Positions 28,833-32,000 of a DNA stretch of 32,000 bases are shown here, piece by piece. Every line of letters starts with the position of its first letter. The first letter of the stretch is position 1. The stretch lies in assembly GCF_019249215.1 (NCBI RefSeq), contig NZ_JAESDI010000001.1:282728-314727 (forward strand), given 5' to 3'. The DNA is from Alteromonas lipotrueae (lineage in GTDB: Bacteria > Pseudomonadota > Gammaproteobacteria > Enterobacterales > Alteromonadaceae). The notes under the pieces are model-generated. The model was not told the origin of the DNA. It worked only from the letters and a program-made list of their open reading frames with translations, and ran no database searches. A program made the position numbers and the translations under genes.

Positions 28833-28884
28833 GTTTTTTTGATCTTTTTGAAAAAGCCTTTTAGTTCAATAATTTAATTCGCAG

Positions 28885-28920
28885 AAATAAAAAAAGGCCG
28901 ATTGAAAAATCGGCCTTTTT
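28885..28920 (-). terminator. Rho-independent (bidirectional-looking) terminator of flagellin 29005-29856
   Basis: 7-bp stem GGCCGAT / ATCGGCC (28896-28902 and 28909-28915) with a 6-nt loop. Flanked by an A-run on one side and a T-run on the other; the minus strand reads TTTTTTTATTT after the stem. Confidence 0.8.
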
Positions 28921-29004
28921 GAATTTAAATCACTGTGGAACAGCTGAGGTTAAAGGTTCACTACCTCCTGGCCCCATTCTCTCACTATTAACGACTTGGC
29001 GTTA

Positions 29005-29856
29005 TTAACCTAGAAGCTGTAGTGCTGCTTGTGGACGCTGATTCGCCTGAGACAACACGGTAGTGCTCGCCTGCTGTAGAATCTGGTTACGGGTCAAGTT
29101 AGCAGTCTCTGTTGCAAAATCAGTATCTTTGATTTGCGAGCGTGCCGCAGATACGTTTTCAGAGATGTTACTTAGGTTACGAATCGTTGACTGGAAACGG
29201 TTTTGAAGCGCACCTAGGTCAGCGCGAAGTCCACCTACCGCTGAAATAGCCGTATCTACGCTAGCTAACATACTTGATGCGTTTTCACTGGTAAGTACGT
29301 TATTAGTGCCACCTGTAATTCCCAAGCCTGTCGCACTGAAACCGTTAACACCAGCATTTGCCAATGGTTGCGTTGAGAGGTTTACAGAAATCGTTTGGCC
29401 AGCGTTTGCACCTACTAAGAATTTAGCAGAGAAGTCACCTGATAATATATTTACACCAGCGAATTGCGTCGTTGTTGAAATACGCGATATTTCAGTTCTA
29501 AGTGCTGACACCTCTTTTTGAAGTGCTACACGGTCAGCTGAACTGTTGATACCGTTTTGTGATTGAATTGCTAGTGTACGAATACGTTGAAGAGAAGTCG
29601 TCGTTTCTGACAACGCACCTTCAGCAGTTTGCGATAGTGAAATCGCATCATTAGCGTTACGTACCGCTTGGTTAAGACCTTGAACTTGTGAAGTCATTCG
29701 GTCGGTGATTTGTAGACCTGCGGCGTCATCTGCAGCACTGTTTATACGGAAACCCGAAGACAGGCGCTCAAAAGACGTACCCAAAGAATTGCTTACATCA
29801 TACAATTGACGCTGAGCATTCAATGAGGAAACATTGGTATTGACGAACATAGACAT
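29005..29856 (-). CDS. fliC: Flagellin (283 aa)
   Basis: MSMFVNTNVSSLNAQRQL... canonical flagellin N- and C-termini (…QANQRPQAALQLLG). AGGAGA Shine-Dalgarno. Confidence 0.95.
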   Translation of the reverse strand: MSMFVNTNVSSLNAQRQLYDVSNSLGTSFERLSSGFRINSAADDAAGLQITDRMTSQVQGLNQAVRNANDAISLSQTAEGALSETTTSLQRIRTLAIQSQNGINSSADRVALQKEVSALRTEISRISTTTQFAGVNILSGDFSAKFLVGANAGQTISVNLSTQPLANAGVNGFSATGLGITGGTNNVLTSENASSMLASVDTAISAVGGLRADLGALQNRFQSTIRNLSNISENVSAARSQIKDTDFATETANLTRNQILQQASTTVLSQANQRPQAALQLLG

Positions 29857-29973
29857 AAAGTCTCTCCTACACTCTCAGTCCAGCGTGAGCTGGCTGCCGG
29901 GGATCCGGCTATTACAATTTTAATAGTCACCAATACCTGAGGGGTAATGATGAACTGGCTCTCTCAGTGTTTG

Positions 29974-30000
29974 TATCGACATATCAGCAGTTCCCTTTAG
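29974..30000 (-). promoter_or_regulatory. Sigma-28-type promoter of flagellin 29005-29856
   Basis: Minus strand reads TAAAGGGA-N11-GTCGATAC, about 110 nt upstream of the start codon. Confidence 0.6.
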
Positions 30001-30005
30001 AATTA

Positions 30006-30035
30006 TTTACAAAATTTGCCGTTGTGCGGTATAAA
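30006..30035 (+). promoter_or_regulatory. Possible sigma-70 promoter for the plus-strand propeller-like ORF
   Basis: TTTACA-N18-TATAAA, about 50 nt upstream of the GTG start. The octamer TTGCCGTT occurs twice (around 30016 and 30037), about two helical turns apart, spanning the -10 element. Confidence 0.25.
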
Positions 30036-30083
30036 ATTGCCGTTTACGATTACATAACAGTCGGTTTTTAAAAGGGTATTAGC

Positions 30084-31070
30084 GTGAATATAAATTTGAA
30101 GATTAACGCGGTTGAGCAAATTTCATCGGAAGGTGAGCACTGCGCATTCACTGATTTAATCGAAAATCCCTTCGACAATAGTCGTAAATCACTACTTTGC
30201 TGCTATCGACGAGGCGTTAACCATATAAGCCCAGATGGCGTTGTAATTGTCTGCAAAGTGAATGTTGATTCGGGGGCAAAAACTTATCAGCGACTGACAC
30301 TACCCTCTTGGGATTTACGCGATCCAAAATTTTGTTTTGATGGACGAAAGTTAATCATCACAGCCTACGCTAAGCACAAAGACGCAAATACGGGTGCGAT
30401 AACCACTAAAATGGTGAGTTACTTTTCTACCACCGGGGATTCTTGGTCAAGCCCCCACTTTTTTGGGCACTCGGGTTGGTGGCTGTGGCGGGTAACGTGG
30501 AACAAGGATAAAGCTTACGGTTTTGCCTATAATCGTAAAAATCAAAGAATTGATTTGTATGCAGGCGACCCACGCAAACAACTTTACCTTCAAAAGAAAG
30601 GCGCTATTTCTTTTGAGAAACACACATTTGGCTACCCGAATGAAAGCCATATATTGTTTGATGATGCTGATAAAGCGACGGCGATTGTGCGCCGCGACGC
30701 AGATAGCTTCAGCGCCAAACTAGGTTTCTCCTCCCCGCCCTATACCAATTGGATATGGCACGACTTGAAACACTACGTAGGTGGACCGGTAATGTTATCT
30801 CTTACAGACAATATGTATATGGTTGCAGGCAGAAACTGGGATGGGAGAAATCTGACAACGGCAATTTGGTTACTTTCATCGACTGATTATTCGCTGAAAC
30901 TTCTGATTACCTTACCTAGTAAAGGGGACAATAGTTACCCGGGCTTGGTATGGCAAGGCGACACGTTATATGTCTCTTATTACTCAGATCATATCGATAA
31001 CAAAACCCGAGTATACCTTGCCACATTGTCAGGGATGAATGGCCTATTAAATGAAGTTGAACAGGGATAA
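30084..31070 (+). CDS. BNR/sialidase-like beta-propeller-type protein, no signal peptide (function unknown)
   Basis: Degenerate Asp-box-like segment YFSTTGDSWSSP. LRDP resembles the sialidase RIP-type motif. The C-terminal blade-like segment DNSYPGLVWQGDTLYVSYYSD resembles the last blade of BNR-repeat-like proteins. The N-terminus is not hydrophobic. GTG start with AAAGGG upstream. The 3' end overlaps flgL convergently by 24 bp. Confidence 0.35.
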   Translation: MNINLKINAVEQISSEGEHCAFTDLIENPFDNSRKSLLCCYRRGVNHISPDGVVIVCKVNVDSGAKTYQRLTLPSWDLRDPKFCFDGRKLIITAYAKHKDANTGAITTKMVSYFSTTGDSWSSPHFFGHSGWWLWRVTWNKDKAYGFAYNRKNQRIDLYAGDPRKQLYLQKKGAISFEKHTFGYPNESHILFDDADKATAIVRRDADSFSAKLGFSSPPYTNWIWHDLKHYVGGPVMLSLTDNMYMVAGRNWDGRNLTTAIWLLSSTDYSLKLLITLPSKGDNSYPGLVWQGDTLYVSYYSDHIDNKTRVYLATLSGMNGLLNEVEQG

Positions 31071-32000
31071 GTTAGACACTTGCGGAAAAGTAGCTAATGC
31101 CGCATTGAGTGCCGTTTCTTGTTTGGCAAATTCCGTAGAGGCCTCTGCATAATCAACATCTTGGATTGATGAACGGGATGCCTTTGCCGCAATTTCCATA
31201 TCAAGGTTACTTTCGTAAGTAGATTCAGCGATGTTTAGACGGCTACCGATTGACGCACGTTCTAAAGATATTTTTTCTAACCCATTATCTAACCCAACTA
31301 ATGTGTCGGCAATAGCCTCTTGCAGCGCACTATCATCAATGGTGCTATCCATGAGTATGGTTTGAATTTCGTGAAGCGATTGGGCCATACTTTTTTTCTC
31401 CGGCGCATCCAAAGAAAAGTTAATGGTATCACCAACGGCAGCGGAAGCTTCAAACTGCATGCCTTTGATAGTAAATGGGCTACCGGAAGTATAACCAACT
31501 GTTCCCACAATAGCGCCAGTGCCAGTATTAGTTAGCTGTGCTTCACCCGATGCCAAAAACTCTACTTCATAGTTGTTATTAGCACTGGTCACTGGGTCAT
31601 AATTGTTGTTGAAGAAGGTATCAAACGTGCCTTGTTCTTTAACTACTGTGTTTTGTAAATCAGCAACTGTACTGCCGGCTACTGAGAAATCAAAACGGGA
31701 TAGTACGTTCTCAAAAACTTCATAACCGTTACTCGTAGATTGTATTTTTGAGCTAGACGATAGCTGAATAAAACTTACGCCTGCATCACCTGAAAATGTG
31801 ATGGCATTCCCTGTTGATGCGGGGTTGTAGGTAAAGGCTTGGTTTGCAGACTGGTAGCCTGCATACATGTAATTCCCATCGGCGTCTTGCGTATTCATCA
31901 AGTCGAAGATTTCCAACTTAATTTGTTCTAACTCAGCCCCGATAGCGCGTTTATCAGGATCATCAAGAATACCCGAGCCTGCTTGAACGACTAGTGTCCT
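31047..32000 (-). CDS. flgL: Flagellar hook-associated protein 3, FlgL (5'-truncated by window edge)
   Basis: C-terminus SRLNIAES...DVDYAEASTEFAKQETALNAALATFPQVSNLSLFNFI is typical FlgL. The reading frame stays open upstream of the listed TTG at 31916, through to position 32000 (…GSGILDDPDKRAIGAELEQIKLEIFDL…). Confidence 0.85.
   Translation of the reverse strand, partial: RTLVVQAGSGILDDPDKRAIGAELEQIKLEIFDLMNTQDADGNYMYAGYQSANQAFTYNPASTGNAITFSGDAGVSFIQLSSSSKIQSTSNGYEVFENVLSRFDFSVAGSTVADLQNTVVKEQGTFDTFFNNNYDPVTSANNNYEVEFLASGEAQLTNTGTGAIVGTVGYTSGSPFTIKGMQFEASAAVGDTINFSLDAPEKKSMAQSLHEIQTILMDSTIDDSALQEAIADTLVGLDNGLEKISLERASIGSRLNIAESTYESNLDMEIAAKASRSSIQDVDYAEASTEFAKQETALNAALATFPQVSNLSLFNFI

Overview
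This 32-kb window is a polar-flagellum filament locus, probably from a marine Alteromonadales-like gammaproteobacterium (organism call is a low-confidence inference). It is split by a roughly 22-kb flagellin glycosylation island, and almost everything is on the minus strand. In transcription order (high to low coordinates) it contains:
- flgL, with its 5' end off-window.
- Three tandem short flagellin genes, each with a sigma-28-type promoter and a rho-independent terminator.
- flaG-fliD-fliS plus a small FliT-like ORF.
- A complete pseudaminic-acid pathway (pseB-pseC-pseF-pseI-pseG ... pseH), interrupted by an ACP/SDR/adenylating-enzyme cassette.
- An unusually large 1177-aa Maf with an internally duplicated N-terminal domain.
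- A phosphonate module: a cytidylyltransferase-PEP mutase fusion carrying the diagnostic EDKX5NS motif, phosphonopyruvate decarboxylase, an Fe-alcohol dehydrogenase and a LicD-family transferase.
- A second partial nonulosonate branch: SpsF-like cytidylyltransferase, pyruvyl-transferase-like protein, divergent NeuB, second PseG-like protein and a Zn-ribbon methyltransferase.
- A plus-strand GT52-like sialyl-type transferase.
- A divergent fourth flagellin-like gene.
A plus-strand BNR/sialidase-like ORF sits between flgL and the flagellins. The most interesting hypothesis is that the flagellin glycan carries a C-P (phosphonate) group, probably 2-hydroxyethylphosphonate, made under late-flagellar sigma-28-like control. 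I recognised no tRNA, rRNA, CRISPR array, transposase or integrase. All functional calls come from motif recognition by eye; no database search was possible.
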